Assembly: GCA_963772835.1 (NCBI GenBank)
Contig: CAVYYZ010000002.1
Coordinates: 224,001 to 288,000 of the forward strand
Direction of reading: 5' to 3'
Source: an uncultured delta proteobacterium
Lineage (GTDB): Bacteria > Desulfobacterota > Desulfuromonadia > Geobacterales > Pseudopelobacteraceae
Length of the DNA stretch: 64,000 nucleotides
Below are positions 31,732 through 41,402 of the stretch, in pieces; the stretch's first letter is position 1; every line of letters begins with the position of its first letter. A model generated the notes under the pieces. The model was not told the DNA's origin, did no database searches, and saw only the letters and a list, made by a program, of their open reading frames with translations. Position numbers and translations under genes: made by a program.

Positions 31732-32481
31732 TTATTTCAGCAGCCTGTACATATAGGTAAATGCTCCACCAACCGAAAGACCGGATAATAGACCGGCATA
31801 GCGGATTACCTCTCTCGAGAACTGAACACGGCCCATATACTCTTCTATATCAGAGGTTTCATCAGTCATGAAAGTAAGGATGTCCTGCCAGTCCGCATCC
31901 CACTGGTAGATCTGCAGATACAGGGCTGAACCTCTCCATACAAGTATACAAACAAATACGATAGCAAAAGCGATAAATCCTTTAGAAACGTCAGAGCCCT
32001 TGATGGCGGTGTAAATTTTCCGAACGATCTCCAGGTTCATAACACAGAGAATAACCCAGATTGCATTTTCAACCATCTTGAAGTTTCTTATCGTGTTGGG
32101 ACTCGGCGTCGGGTTGATGATCAGGAAAGCCCCAGAAAATGCGAGCACGACGAGAATACTCAGATAAACGACCAGTTTGTTTCCAGATATTTCAAAGGTA
32201 CGACAAAATACGTAATACTCAAGAAAACCGTGGGTAATTGTCATAATTGCTACTGTACCGACGATATAGTGAAAAGCGGTAAGCTTCGCGTAGAAACCCC
32301 ACGGGTTGATGCCATAGGCCTGACTGATAAAGATCAGAAAGAACCCGATTGATATACTTGTCCAGACACGGGCATTTCCTATGCTGAAGTAAAAACTGAT
32401 CGCACCCGCCAATCCCCAGAAAATCACCTGAACAAGGGCAAACGGATTCATTTGGGTCAGCAGTTCAAAAAACTTTTCCAT
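31732..32481 (-). CDS. Uncharacterised integral membrane protein, about 7 TM
   Basis: Seven hydrophobic segments by eye; GGAGG RBS; no soluble output domain. Confidence 0.8.
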   Translation of the reverse strand: MEKFFELLTQMNPFALVQVIFWGLAGAISFYFSIGNARVWTSISIGFFLIFISQAYGINPWGFYAKLTAFHYIVGTVAIMTITHGFLEYYVFCRTFEISGNKLVVYLSILVVLAFSGAFLIINPTPSPNTIRNFKMVENAIWVILCVMNLEIVRKIYTAIKGSDVSKGFIAFAIVFVCILVWRGSALYLQIYQWDADWQDILTFMTDETSDIEEYMGRVQFSREVIRYAGLLSGLSVGGAFTYMYRLLK

Positions 32482-32508
32482 TATATCCTCCAGTACTTAG
32501 CGATAAAA

Positions 32509-33474
32509 TTAAAGCTCTGATTTCCCGACAGAGATTGCAGCAGAAAGCTTCTCCATCATCAATTTAATATTTGTGCCACTAACAAGAAGTTTTGCCGCCC
32601 GCTCAACACCCTTCATAAATTTTTCAGTTCCAACGACATCTATCAGGCACAAATTCCCGCCGTTATCTGAAATTTCCTTGTCAACAATACCGCGACCAAC
32701 CTTGCCGACATACTCTCCCACTATTGATTTAACCTGCTCTTCCAACTCGGCAAGCTTCAGCGACATTATTTTCCTGTCACGCTCCTGACGGTCAAGATTT
32801 GTTTTGTCAATCTCGGATTTGTGAAGAGCGACGCTGGTATCCCATATCATTTGAATGTTCGTCACTTCGAGCAGATTCGTTCCCATCAATTCGTCGGCAC
32901 TTTGTGTCGAAAACAGGTCAATCTTGGCGCCGGGTAATCCGGCTATTTTTTGTGACTCTGCGGATGAAGTCTCTATGTCACTGGCTCCATCATGGAAAAA
33001 ACCGAGAGGATTCCCGTCTTTATAAAAAATCATGGCTGAATGATCATCAGTGTAGATGCGCAGACAGCCATTCATATGATCATCCTTAACTTTTTTGAGG
33101 AGGGCGTTTATATCGATAAGTTTAAGATCTTGGGCCTTGTAAAGCGTTTCACCTTCCAGAAGGGCATGAATACACATGGTGAGATCTTTAGACAGCTTAT
33201 AGACATTCAGGGCACCGCTTCCTGACGTAACCATTAATTCAGCAAGCGCAGAGAGAGCTTCGAAGCCAGCTATCCGCTTGCCATTTTGCCCCTCGACAAG
33301 TACGCTGACCAACTTCCCTGTTTCAAAAACCAGGATGGCGGTACTGGATTGAAAAATAAAATTAGCATAGCCGGTAAAAGCGCCGTTACTTAACTTTGTG
33401 AGCACATCCGGCAGTTTGAGCTTAGAAACTGCCAGGTTTTCAAACAACGGGTTGCCCTTGGGAAGAAGGAACAT
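32509..33474 (-). CDS. Cytoplasmic protein with tandem DUF4388/PATAN-like repeats (putative GTPase-activating-type family), paralog 1
   Basis: Two units FTGY...LVFETGKL and MNGCLRI...MIFYKDG; clear paralog at 58142..59098; family label is recalled, not searched. Confidence 0.6.
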   Translation of the reverse strand: MFLLPKGNPLFENLAVSKLKLPDVLTKLSNGAFTGYANFIFQSSTAILVFETGKLVSVLVEGQNGKRIAGFEALSALAELMVTSGSGALNVYKLSKDLTMCIHALLEGETLYKAQDLKLIDINALLKKVKDDHMNGCLRIYTDDHSAMIFYKDGNPLGFFHDGASDIETSSAESQKIAGLPGAKIDLFSTQSADELMGTNLLEVTNIQMIWDTSVALHKSEIDKTNLDRQERDRKIMSLKLAELEEQVKSIVGEYVGKVGRGIVDKEISDNGGNLCLIDVVGTEKFMKGVERAAKLLVSGTNIKLMMEKLSAAISVGKSEL

Positions 33475-33513
33475 TTAAGCCTCCTGAAATAACTCTTTTG
33501 CATAACGGCCAAG

Positions 33514-33542
33514 AAACTAATGTAAATTACGAAGCATGTCAA
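33514..33542 (-). promoter_or_regulatory. sigma70 promoter for the five-gene cytochrome run
   Basis: TTGACA-N17-TAGTTT on the minus strand. Confidence 0.55.
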
Positions 33543-33714
33543 ATCATTACTGCCGGATATAATTAAGAAATATCCCTTTTGAAGCCATAACAGGGATATC
33601 TATTCGGCTAATTACCGTAGTAATTACCGGTCATCCGGTGTTTTTGCGTTTCCAATCAAAAAATCCCGGTGTTCAAAAACAAGTAAAGAAGTCACAACAT
33701 ACTTAATTATAAAA

Positions 33715-33759
33715 CAAAAGGCACGAGATGCAGCTTTAACCTGTTCCCGTGCCTTTTGT
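33715..33759 (-). terminator. Terminator after maeB
   Basis: ACAAAAGGCACG...CGTGCCTTTTGT inverted repeat. Confidence 0.7.
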
Positions 33760-33799
33760 AAATGAGAATTGATTTACAAATTATGTGCCATGATTGAAA

Positions 33800-36049
33800 T
33801 TAAGTTGATTGGGCATCAACGACTGCAATGGCAGCCATATTGACAATATCATCGACGCCATCACCACGCTGCAGAACATGAACCGGTTTGTTCATTCCCA
33901 TCAGAATCGGTCCGATCGCCTCAGCCCCGCCGAGGTGATGCAAAAGTTTGTAGCAGATGTTTCCTGAGCTTAAATCGGGAAAGATCAGAATATTGGCATT
34001 TGTCTTGAGTTTTGAAAAGGTGAAACCATCGAGAAGTTCCTGGACGACCGCCGTATCTGCCTGCATTTCGCCTTCCACAATCAGATCCGGTGCTCGCTGC
34101 TTGACGATCTCGGTGGCTCTGTGCACTTTGTCAACCTGCGGGTGCTTTACTGATCCGAAGTTAGCAAACGAGAGCATGGCAACCCGCGGCTCTATATCAA
34201 GCATACGAACCTTCTCTGCTGCCAAAATGGCTGTTTCAGCAAGTTCTTCGGCAGTTGGATCGATGGTTACAGTCGTGTCGGCCAGGAAATAAACCCCCTT
34301 TTTGAACACCATCATGTAGAGGCCATGAACACTGGAAAGACCCTTTTGTTTACCGACAACTTCTAAAGCAGGACGGATCGTTTCGGGATAGTGAGTATCA
34401 ATACCACCCAGCAGTGCGTCCGCATCTCCCATATGCACCATCATGGAGCCAAAGTGGATCCGCGATTTACGGCGCAGGAGACGTTGCGATTCGGAAAGGG
34501 TCAGCCCTTTCCGTTGGCGCATTTTGTATAGCACCTCCGCATAATTGTCAGTCAGTTCTGACTCACCCGGATCAATAATGGGAACATCCAGTTCGATATG
34601 CAGTTCGGCCAACTTCTGTTTGATTTTCTTTTTATCGCCGATCAGAATCGGTTTTGCAATTCCCTCATCAACCAATTCTTTAGCAGCTCTGATAATTTTT
34701 TCATTGTCCCCTTCCGGAAATACAATAGTCTTCGGATCACTTTTAGCTTTGTTTATAACCATGCGCATAATTTCTTTTGATTTGCCTTGGGTTGATTCAA
34801 GGTGTTCAATATATTTGGCCATGTCTTCGATCGGCTGGCCGGCGACACCGGACGCCATTGCAGCCCGGGCGATGGCCGGGGCGACATGGAGCAGTACTCG
34901 AGGGTCAAACGGCTTGGGAATAATGTAATCGCGTCCAAAGGCAAACTTAACGTTGCCGTAGGCCTTGCTAACTGAATCGGGCACCTCTTCACGGGCCAAC
35001 TGTGCCAGAGCGTGGACAGCGGCAAGCTTCATCTCTTCGTTAATACAACTGGCGCGACAATCAAGGGCACCACGGAATATAAACGGAAAACCGAGAACAT
35101 TGTTGACTTGATTTGGATAGTCAGATCTTCCGGTAGCAATCATAACGTCACTTCGAACAGAATGGGCATCTTCCGGAGTAATTTCCGGGTCGGGGTTGGC
35201 CATGGCAAAAATAACCGGGTTCGGAGCCATGCTGGCGACCATTTCCTTTGTAAATGCTCCTTTGGCAGAAAGACCGAACAGAACATCTGCTCCGACAGCG
35301 GCCTCCTCCAGCGTGCGAAAGTGGGTGTCGGCAGCAAAAAGTTCTTTGTAGGGATTCATCCCCTCTACGCGTCCTTTATAGATGACACCCTTGGTGTCAC
35401 ACATAATCATGTTATTGGGCTGTACACCAAGAGCAATGGCGAGTTTTGCACAGGAATTGGCAGAAGCACCGGCTCCATTGACAACGATGCGGATGTCCTC
35501 AATCTTTTTGTTAACAAGGTACAGGGCATTGATCAGAGCGGCTGACGATATGATTGCCGTGCCATGCTGATCGTCGTGAAAAACCGGAATTTTCATTGTT
35601 TTCTTGAGTGTCTCTTCTATATAAAAGCACTCAGGAGCCTTAATATCTTCCAGATTGATACCGCCAAAGGTCGGTTCCAATAACTGGCAGGCTTTTATAA
35701 TCTCATCAGGATCTTCTGTGTCGAGCTCTATGTCGAACACGTCTATGTCAGCAAAACGTTTAAAAAGAATCCCTTTTCCCTCCATGACCGGCTTACCGGC
35801 AAGGGCCCCGAGATTACCCAGACCAAGAACAGCGGTCCCGTTGGATACGACCGCTATCAGATTGCCTTTGGCCGTGTATTTGTAGGCATCTTCTGGATTC
35901 TGCTGAATAGCAAGACATGGTTCAGCAACACCAGGAGAGTAGGCCATTGAAAGATCTTCGGCTGTTTGGCATGGTTTGGTGGAAATTACCTCGATCTTGC
36001 CTTTGCGGCCGCTTGAGTGATATTCTAGCGAATCTTTAAATTTTGCCAT
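33800..36049 (-). CDS. maeB: NADP-dependent malic enzyme fused to a PTA-like domain
   Basis: AYSPGVAEPC, FHDDQHGTAI, GRSDYPNQVNN, C-terminal PTA domain. Confidence 0.96.
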   Translation of the reverse strand: MAKFKDSLEYHSSGRKGKIEVISTKPCQTAEDLSMAYSPGVAEPCLAIQQNPEDAYKYTAKGNLIAVVSNGTAVLGLGNLGALAGKPVMEGKGILFKRFADIDVFDIELDTEDPDEIIKACQLLEPTFGGINLEDIKAPECFYIEETLKKTMKIPVFHDDQHGTAIISSAALINALYLVNKKIEDIRIVVNGAGASANSCAKLAIALGVQPNNMIMCDTKGVIYKGRVEGMNPYKELFAADTHFRTLEEAAVGADVLFGLSAKGAFTKEMVASMAPNPVIFAMANPDPEITPEDAHSVRSDVMIATGRSDYPNQVNNVLGFPFIFRGALDCRASCINEEMKLAAVHALAQLAREEVPDSVSKAYGNVKFAFGRDYIIPKPFDPRVLLHVAPAIARAAMASGVAGQPIEDMAKYIEHLESTQGKSKEIMRMVINKAKSDPKTIVFPEGDNEKIIRAAKELVDEGIAKPILIGDKKKIKQKLAELHIELDVPIIDPGESELTDNYAEVLYKMRQRKGLTLSESQRLLRRKSRIHFGSMMVHMGDADALLGGIDTHYPETIRPALEVVGKQKGLSSVHGLYMMVFKKGVYFLADTTVTIDPTAEELAETAILAAEKVRMLDIEPRVAMLSFANFGSVKHPQVDKVHRATEIVKQRAPDLIVEGEMQADTAVVQELLDGFTFSKLKTNANILIFPDLSSGNICYKLLHHLGGAEAIGPILMGMNKPVHVLQRGDGVDDIVNMAAIAVVDAQST

Positions 36050-36543
36050 CTTTAATCTCCATTTTTTAGTTTAGTTAAAAAACAAACCGCCTTTTTTGAA
36101 ACATTACGACTCAACTTTTACTAAAAGTGAAAAATAATAGACTCCTTGAAAGACTCTTGTCAAGAAGTTAATATTGATGGACAAAAATGCCCGTATTCAA
36201 GCGATGAGAGTCGATATCGGCCCACGAACTCTCCTGGTGTTGAATATAGTTTCACCTAACGCCACCTTATTCCGATTCCACACGTACCACTTAATTGATA
36301 CGGTACCAGTGCGTGCTACATATATTTTACTATGGTCTTTTTTCTTTTTTGACATTTGCAGCGCGCATGAATATGGCCTACACCAGAAGCGACAAATATT
36401 CCAAAGACTATCGTTAACCCGAAGAAAACTGGAATATATGAACGCAGCAATCTCCATGTTACAGATCTTCACTCTTCATAGCGGTTGATACACGTCAAAC
36501 GCTGTGATATAGATCATCACACTTTTGAGCCCAGGGGACCAAA

Positions 36544-37368
36544 ATGATAATGATTGACCGCCTGATTGAGCAGGCACTACTTGAAGACATTCATACCGGT
36601 GACATAACCACTCAGGCGGTGGTGCCGGGCGTACGGCCAGCCATCGCAAGGCTGATTGCAAAGGAACAAATGGTGGTGGCCGGACTTGCTATCGCCGCCC
36701 GGGTATTTAACATGCTTGACCCGGCAATCTGTTTCAAGGCATGCCTGAACGATGGTGAAAAAGCTGCAGCCGGGACCATCCTGGCGACTCTTAACGGAGA
36801 GGCTTCAAAACTTTTGATGGGAGAGCGGGTGGCACTCAACCTGCTTCAGAGAATGTGCGGGATCGCGACGCTCACCAGCAGTTTTGTCGAAGCGGTTGCA
36901 GGCACCAAAGCCCGAATCGTTGACACCCGAAAGACGACTCCTGGACTGAGGCAGCTTGAGAAATACTCCGTACGGATCGGAGGAGGCATTAATCACCGCA
37001 CCGGTCTCTATGACGGCGTCCTGATCAAGGAAAATCACATTGCCGCTGCCGGAGGCATCACTGAAGCAATCCGAAGAGCCCGCACATATATACCTCACAC
37101 ATTGAAAATCGAGATAGAAACCGAGACGTTGTCCCAGGTTGATGAGGCGCTTGCTGCAGGGGCTGATATCATCATGCTCGACAATATGAGTCTGGTTGAT
37201 ATGCGGGCTGCAGTAATCACAATCGGCGGCCGGGCACTGGTGGAAGCCTCCGGAGGCGTCAGTCTTGAAAGTGTACGTGCAATTGCCGAGACCGGTGTGG
37301 ATATTATTTCGGTAGGGGCATTGACTCATTCGCCACGGGCGAAAGACATATCAATGCTTCTCGACTAG
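36544..37368 (+). CDS. nadC: Nicotinate-nucleotide pyrophosphorylase
   Basis: DTRKTTPGLR, LIKENH, IMLDN, EASGG. Confidence 0.97.
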   Translation: MIMIDRLIEQALLEDIHTGDITTQAVVPGVRPAIARLIAKEQMVVAGLAIAARVFNMLDPAICFKACLNDGEKAAAGTILATLNGEASKLLMGERVALNLLQRMCGIATLTSSFVEAVAGTKARIVDTRKTTPGLRQLEKYSVRIGGGINHRTGLYDGVLIKENHIAAAGGITEAIRRARTYIPHTLKIEIETETLSQVDEALAAGADIIMLDNMSLVDMRAAVITIGGRALVEASGGVSLESVRAIAETGVDIISVGALTHSPRAKDISMLLD

Positions 37369-37391
37369 AAGCGGCAACCGGGAGTATTTAG

Positions 37392-38369
37392 ATGCACAAG
37401 AGCGCCGGCACCATACTGCGTCTGTTTCGTACTGAAACCGGCTATATTTCCGGTGAGTATCTCAGCAGAGAGCTTGGCGTATCGCGTACTGCAATCTGGA
37501 AGCACATGTCTGCGCTGAGAACTGCAGGCTATCGAATCGAAGCGGTGCCATCACGTGGCTACCGGCTCGTCTCTTCGCCAGACATTATCGATCCGCACGA
37601 AGTGACGGCACTTTTGGACAGCACCACAATCGGTACTCAGCTTGAGTATTCAGACCAGACGGCATCGACAAATGCAGATGCCTTTCATTTGGCTGAAAAG
37701 GGAGCAATTGAAGGGACCGTTGTACTGGCTGATGCGCAGACCGGTGGCAAGGGGCGACGCGGCAGAATATGGGCTTCACCTGCCGGGGTGAATCTGTACT
37801 GTTCAATAATTCTGAGGCCTTCCATAATGCCGCACGAGGCTCCGCAACTGACTTTTCTTTCAGCAGTGGCGGCCGCGCGCGCAATTGAACTGACAACGGG
37901 ATTGACCCCTGAAATCAAATGGCCCAACGATGTACTTATCTCTGGGAAAAAGGTGGCCGGCCTGTTGAATGAGATGAGTGCCGAGACTGACGGCATCAAC
38001 TTTGTCATTCTGGGCATCGGCATCAATCTGAATATGACGGCAGACCAGTTTCCCGGCGATCTGCGCCATCCGGCCACATCACTTTTTCTGGAATCCGGCG
38101 TGCACGTAAATCGTTCGCGTTTTGCCGGCACCATGCTGCGTGAACTGGACCGCCTGTATGTTGACTTTCAGCAAAACGGATTCGGACCGGTACGCGAAGA
38201 ATGGCAGCGCCGCTGCAATGCCAGCGGACGTCAGGTAATTGTCAGCGACTCAGGAACCGAATGTACCGGGGGCCGGTTTATAGGCATAGATTCCGACGGG
38301 GCGATGCTGCTTCGTTCCGATGATGACAAACTGCACCGAATCACCTGTGGAGATGTGAGGGTAATCTGA
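37392..38369 (+). CDS. birA: Bifunctional biotin ligase/repressor
   Basis: HTH GVSRTAIWKH, QTGGKGRRGRIW, KWPND. Confidence 0.96.
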   Translation: MHKSAGTILRLFRTETGYISGEYLSRELGVSRTAIWKHMSALRTAGYRIEAVPSRGYRLVSSPDIIDPHEVTALLDSTTIGTQLEYSDQTASTNADAFHLAEKGAIEGTVVLADAQTGGKGRRGRIWASPAGVNLYCSIILRPSIMPHEAPQLTFLSAVAAARAIELTTGLTPEIKWPNDVLISGKKVAGLLNEMSAETDGINFVILGIGINLNMTADQFPGDLRHPATSLFLESGVHVNRSRFAGTMLRELDRLYVDFQQNGFGPVREEWQRRCNASGRQVIVSDSGTECTGGRFIGIDSDGAMLLRSDDDKLHRITCGDVRVI

Positions 38370-39134
38370 ATGTTACTGGTAATTGACGTCGGCAACAGCA
38401 ACATAGTGTTGGGAGTGTATGACCGTGATCTGCTTGTCCGCAGCTGGCGCCTCTCAACCGACAAGTCCCGCACCTCTGATGAATACGCAGTGCTTCTTCA
38501 CAGCCTTTTTGATCAGGCAGGGCTTGGCTTTTCGGAAGTCAATGCGGCCATCATATCCTCGGTTGTTCCACCATTAACCGGGGTAATGGAGGCAATATCC
38601 CAGGATTTTTTCAACCTGACTCCCTACGTTGTCGGCCCGGGAATCAAAACCGGAATGCCGATCCATTATGACAATCCCCGGGAAGTTGGAGCCGACCGGA
38701 TTGTTAACGCAGTAGCCGGCTTTGAAAAGCATAAATGCCCCTTGGTAATTGTCGATTTCGGAACAGCCACAACCTTTGACTACGTTAATGGCAAAGGAGA
38801 ATACTGTGGGGGGGCTATTGCGCCCGGCCTCGCGATATCGGTAGAGGCGCTCTTCCAGCGGGCCAGCAAACTGCCGAGAATAGACATAATTAAACCTCCC
38901 CATGTTATTGCAAAGAATACTGTCAACTCGATGCAGGCAGGGATTTTCTACGGTTACGTCGGCCTGGTGGACGGTATTGTGGAGCATATTCGGGCAGAAT
39001 CCCATGAGGACTTCCGGGTAATCGCCACCGGCGGTCTGGCCTCCCTGATTTCTCCGGAGTCAAAAACAATTAATGAAGTCGACGAGAACCTGACGCTTGA
39101 TGGACTGAGAATTTTGTACGAACGAAACCGTTGA
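38370..39134 (+). CDS. coaX: Type III pantothenate kinase
   Basis: IDVGNSN, GADR, VDFGTAT, GGAIAPG. Confidence 0.96.
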   Translation: MLLVIDVGNSNIVLGVYDRDLLVRSWRLSTDKSRTSDEYAVLLHSLFDQAGLGFSEVNAAIISSVVPPLTGVMEAISQDFFNLTPYVVGPGIKTGMPIHYDNPREVGADRIVNAVAGFEKHKCPLVIVDFGTATTFDYVNGKGEYCGGAIAPGLAISVEALFQRASKLPRIDIIKPPHVIAKNTVNSMQAGIFYGYVGLVDGIVEHIRAESHEDFRVIATGGLASLISPESKTINEVDENLTLDGLRILYERNR

Positions 39135-39209
39135 TCAGATATTTTTCCCGATGCAGAAGTGATTTTGGACAGACAGTGAAATCCATATTGCACACAAGGA
39201 GGCAGTTCT

Positions 39210-41291
39210 ATGGGACAGTTTGAAACCAGCAAGATCCGCAACTTGGGTATCATCGCTCATGGTGGTGCCGGCAAAACGTCGCTCTCAGAGGCAATTCTGT
39301 TTGACACCGGAATGATCGATCGGCTTGGTCGGGTTGACGACGGTACTTCGACCATGGATTTTGAGCCGGAGGAGATCAAGAGGAAAATTTCAATCACCTC
39401 AGCGCTTGACCATTGCGAATGGAAGGGGCATTCCATCCACATAGTCGATACACCCGGTTATGGAAACTTTATTGCGGACACCAGAGCCTGCATGCGCACC
39501 CTCGACTGTGCAGTAATTATCCTCTCTGCAATATCAGGGGTCAAAGCCCAGACTGAGGAAATCTGGAGGTGGGCTAATGACTTTGAGATCCCGCGCATCG
39601 CATTTGTCAATAAACTCGATCGTGAACGGGCCAGTTTTCTGCGGGCAATTGATGATATGGAAAAGATGCTTGGCGCCCGCGGAGTCGCTATTCAGATGCC
39701 GATCGGCCTTGAAGCGGGTTTCGAGGGGATTATTGATCTGATAGCTATGAAGGCCTGCTTTTATGCCAAAGACGGTTCGGGAAAATACACCGACGGGTCC
39801 ATCCCTGAAGAGTACGCCGACGAAGCCGCGCGTCTTCGCGAACAGATGGTTGAAACGGTTGCTGAGGCCTATGATGCACTTACAGAAAAATACCTTGAGA
39901 ACGGCGACCTTACAGATGAAGAAATCATTGACGGGTTGCGGGTTGGCACCATGCGTAACACATTCACTCCCGTTCTGTGCGGCGCGGCCATTCCCAACAT
40001 CGGTGTAGCCCACCTGCTGGATGCAATCTGTGCCTACCTCCCCTCTCCATTGGACCGAACCAAGGCGGTCGGTATTCATCCAAAGAGTGAAGAGGTAATT
40101 GAACGTGCTCCGGATGAGAAGGAGCCGTTCTCTGCGCTGGTTTTCAAAACGACATCCGATCCGTATACCGGCAAAATCACCATTTTCAGGGTGTACTCCG
40201 GTGTGCTCAACTCCGATTCGACGATATTTAATTCCTCCAAAGGGGTTGAAGAACGAATAGGACAGATTTACGAATTAGAGGGTAAAAAACAGCACCCGAT
40301 CAAACAGGCGGTTGCCGGCGATATCGTTGCCGTTGCTAAACTGAAGGAAACCGTTACCGGCGATACGCTCTGTGATCCCGCCAAACCGATTGTTTTTGAG
40401 CCGGCGAAACAGCTTCTGCCGGTGATATCATACGCAATAGAGCCAAAAACCAAAGCAGACGAGGACAAAATCCACAGCGCACTTCACCGTATGATTGAAG
40501 AGGAGCCGACGCTTGAGTCTCACCGTGACACTCTGACTAAGGAGTTTATTATTTCCGGGATGGGACAGGTTCATCTTGAGGTAATAGTTGAAAAAATGAA
40601 GCGTAAGTTTGGGGTAGAAGTTCTACTTAAAACCCCTAAAGTGCCATACTTTGAGACAATACGGGGTACTGCCAAAGTTCAGGGGAAATACAAAAAACAG
40701 TCAGGAGGGCGCGGGCAATACGGTGACTGCTGGATAGAAATGTCTCCAACCGGCCGTGGCGAAGGGTATGTTTTTGACGACAAAGTTGTCGGTGGGGTCA
40801 TTCCGCGCCAGTACATTCCTGCAGTAGACAAAGGTGTCCAGGAAGCAAGCCTGGAGGGTTTTCTGGCAGGCTACCCGGTAGTCGACTTTAAAGTCGCTCT
40901 CTACGACGGCTCTTTTCACACCGTAGACTCCTCCGAGATGGCCTTTAAGGTCGCTGGTTCTATGGCGTTCAAGAAGGCGATGGAACTCTGCAAACCAATC
41001 CTGCTTGAGCCTATCACAACCATGAAAATCACGGTGCCGGACGAAAATATGGGAGATGTCATAGGAGACCTCAACTCTCGCCGAGGCAAAGTTGTCGGCG
41101 TTGAGCCGAAGGCTAATTCACAGATAATCAGAGCAATTGTTCCGATGTCGGAAGTCCTCGCATACTCCAACGATCTTAAATCAATGACCAGCGACAGAGG
41201 ATTGTTCAGTATGGAGTTTTCACATTATGAAGAGGTGCCTTCACATCTGTCTCAAAAAATAGTCGCAGAAGCTCTGTCAGAAAAGAAATAA
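39210..41291 (+). CDS. fusA: Elongation factor G paralog (EF-G2 type)
   Basis: AHGGAGKTS, RKISI, DTPG, NKLD, KKQSGGRGQYG; outside the str operon. Confidence 0.9.
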   Translation: MGQFETSKIRNLGIIAHGGAGKTSLSEAILFDTGMIDRLGRVDDGTSTMDFEPEEIKRKISITSALDHCEWKGHSIHIVDTPGYGNFIADTRACMRTLDCAVIILSAISGVKAQTEEIWRWANDFEIPRIAFVNKLDRERASFLRAIDDMEKMLGARGVAIQMPIGLEAGFEGIIDLIAMKACFYAKDGSGKYTDGSIPEEYADEAARLREQMVETVAEAYDALTEKYLENGDLTDEEIIDGLRVGTMRNTFTPVLCGAAIPNIGVAHLLDAICAYLPSPLDRTKAVGIHPKSEEVIERAPDEKEPFSALVFKTTSDPYTGKITIFRVYSGVLNSDSTIFNSSKGVEERIGQIYELEGKKQHPIKQAVAGDIVAVAKLKETVTGDTLCDPAKPIVFEPAKQLLPVISYAIEPKTKADEDKIHSALHRMIEEEPTLESHRDTLTKEFIISGMGQVHLEVIVEKMKRKFGVEVLLKTPKVPYFETIRGTAKVQGKYKKQSGGRGQYGDCWIEMSPTGRGEGYVFDDKVVGGVIPRQYIPAVDKGVQEASLEGFLAGYPVVDFKVALYDGSFHTVDSSEMAFKVAGSMAFKKAMELCKPILLEPITTMKITVPDENMGDVIGDLNSRRGKVVGVEPKANSQIIRAIVPMSEVLAYSNDLKSMTSDRGLFSMEFSHYEEVPSHLSQKIVAEALSEKK

Positions 41292-41402
41292 TCCGATACT
41301 GATTTTTTCTGTTCTCGTCCATCGGGATACCAGCACCTACCAAGCAATGATCAGCCTGAAAAAGCTGAATATATACTTCTAAATGACAACGGAGGATTAT
41401 TC

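Noticed and set aside
31732..32481. Microbial rhodopsin
   Set aside because: No retinal-binding Lys within the seventh helix
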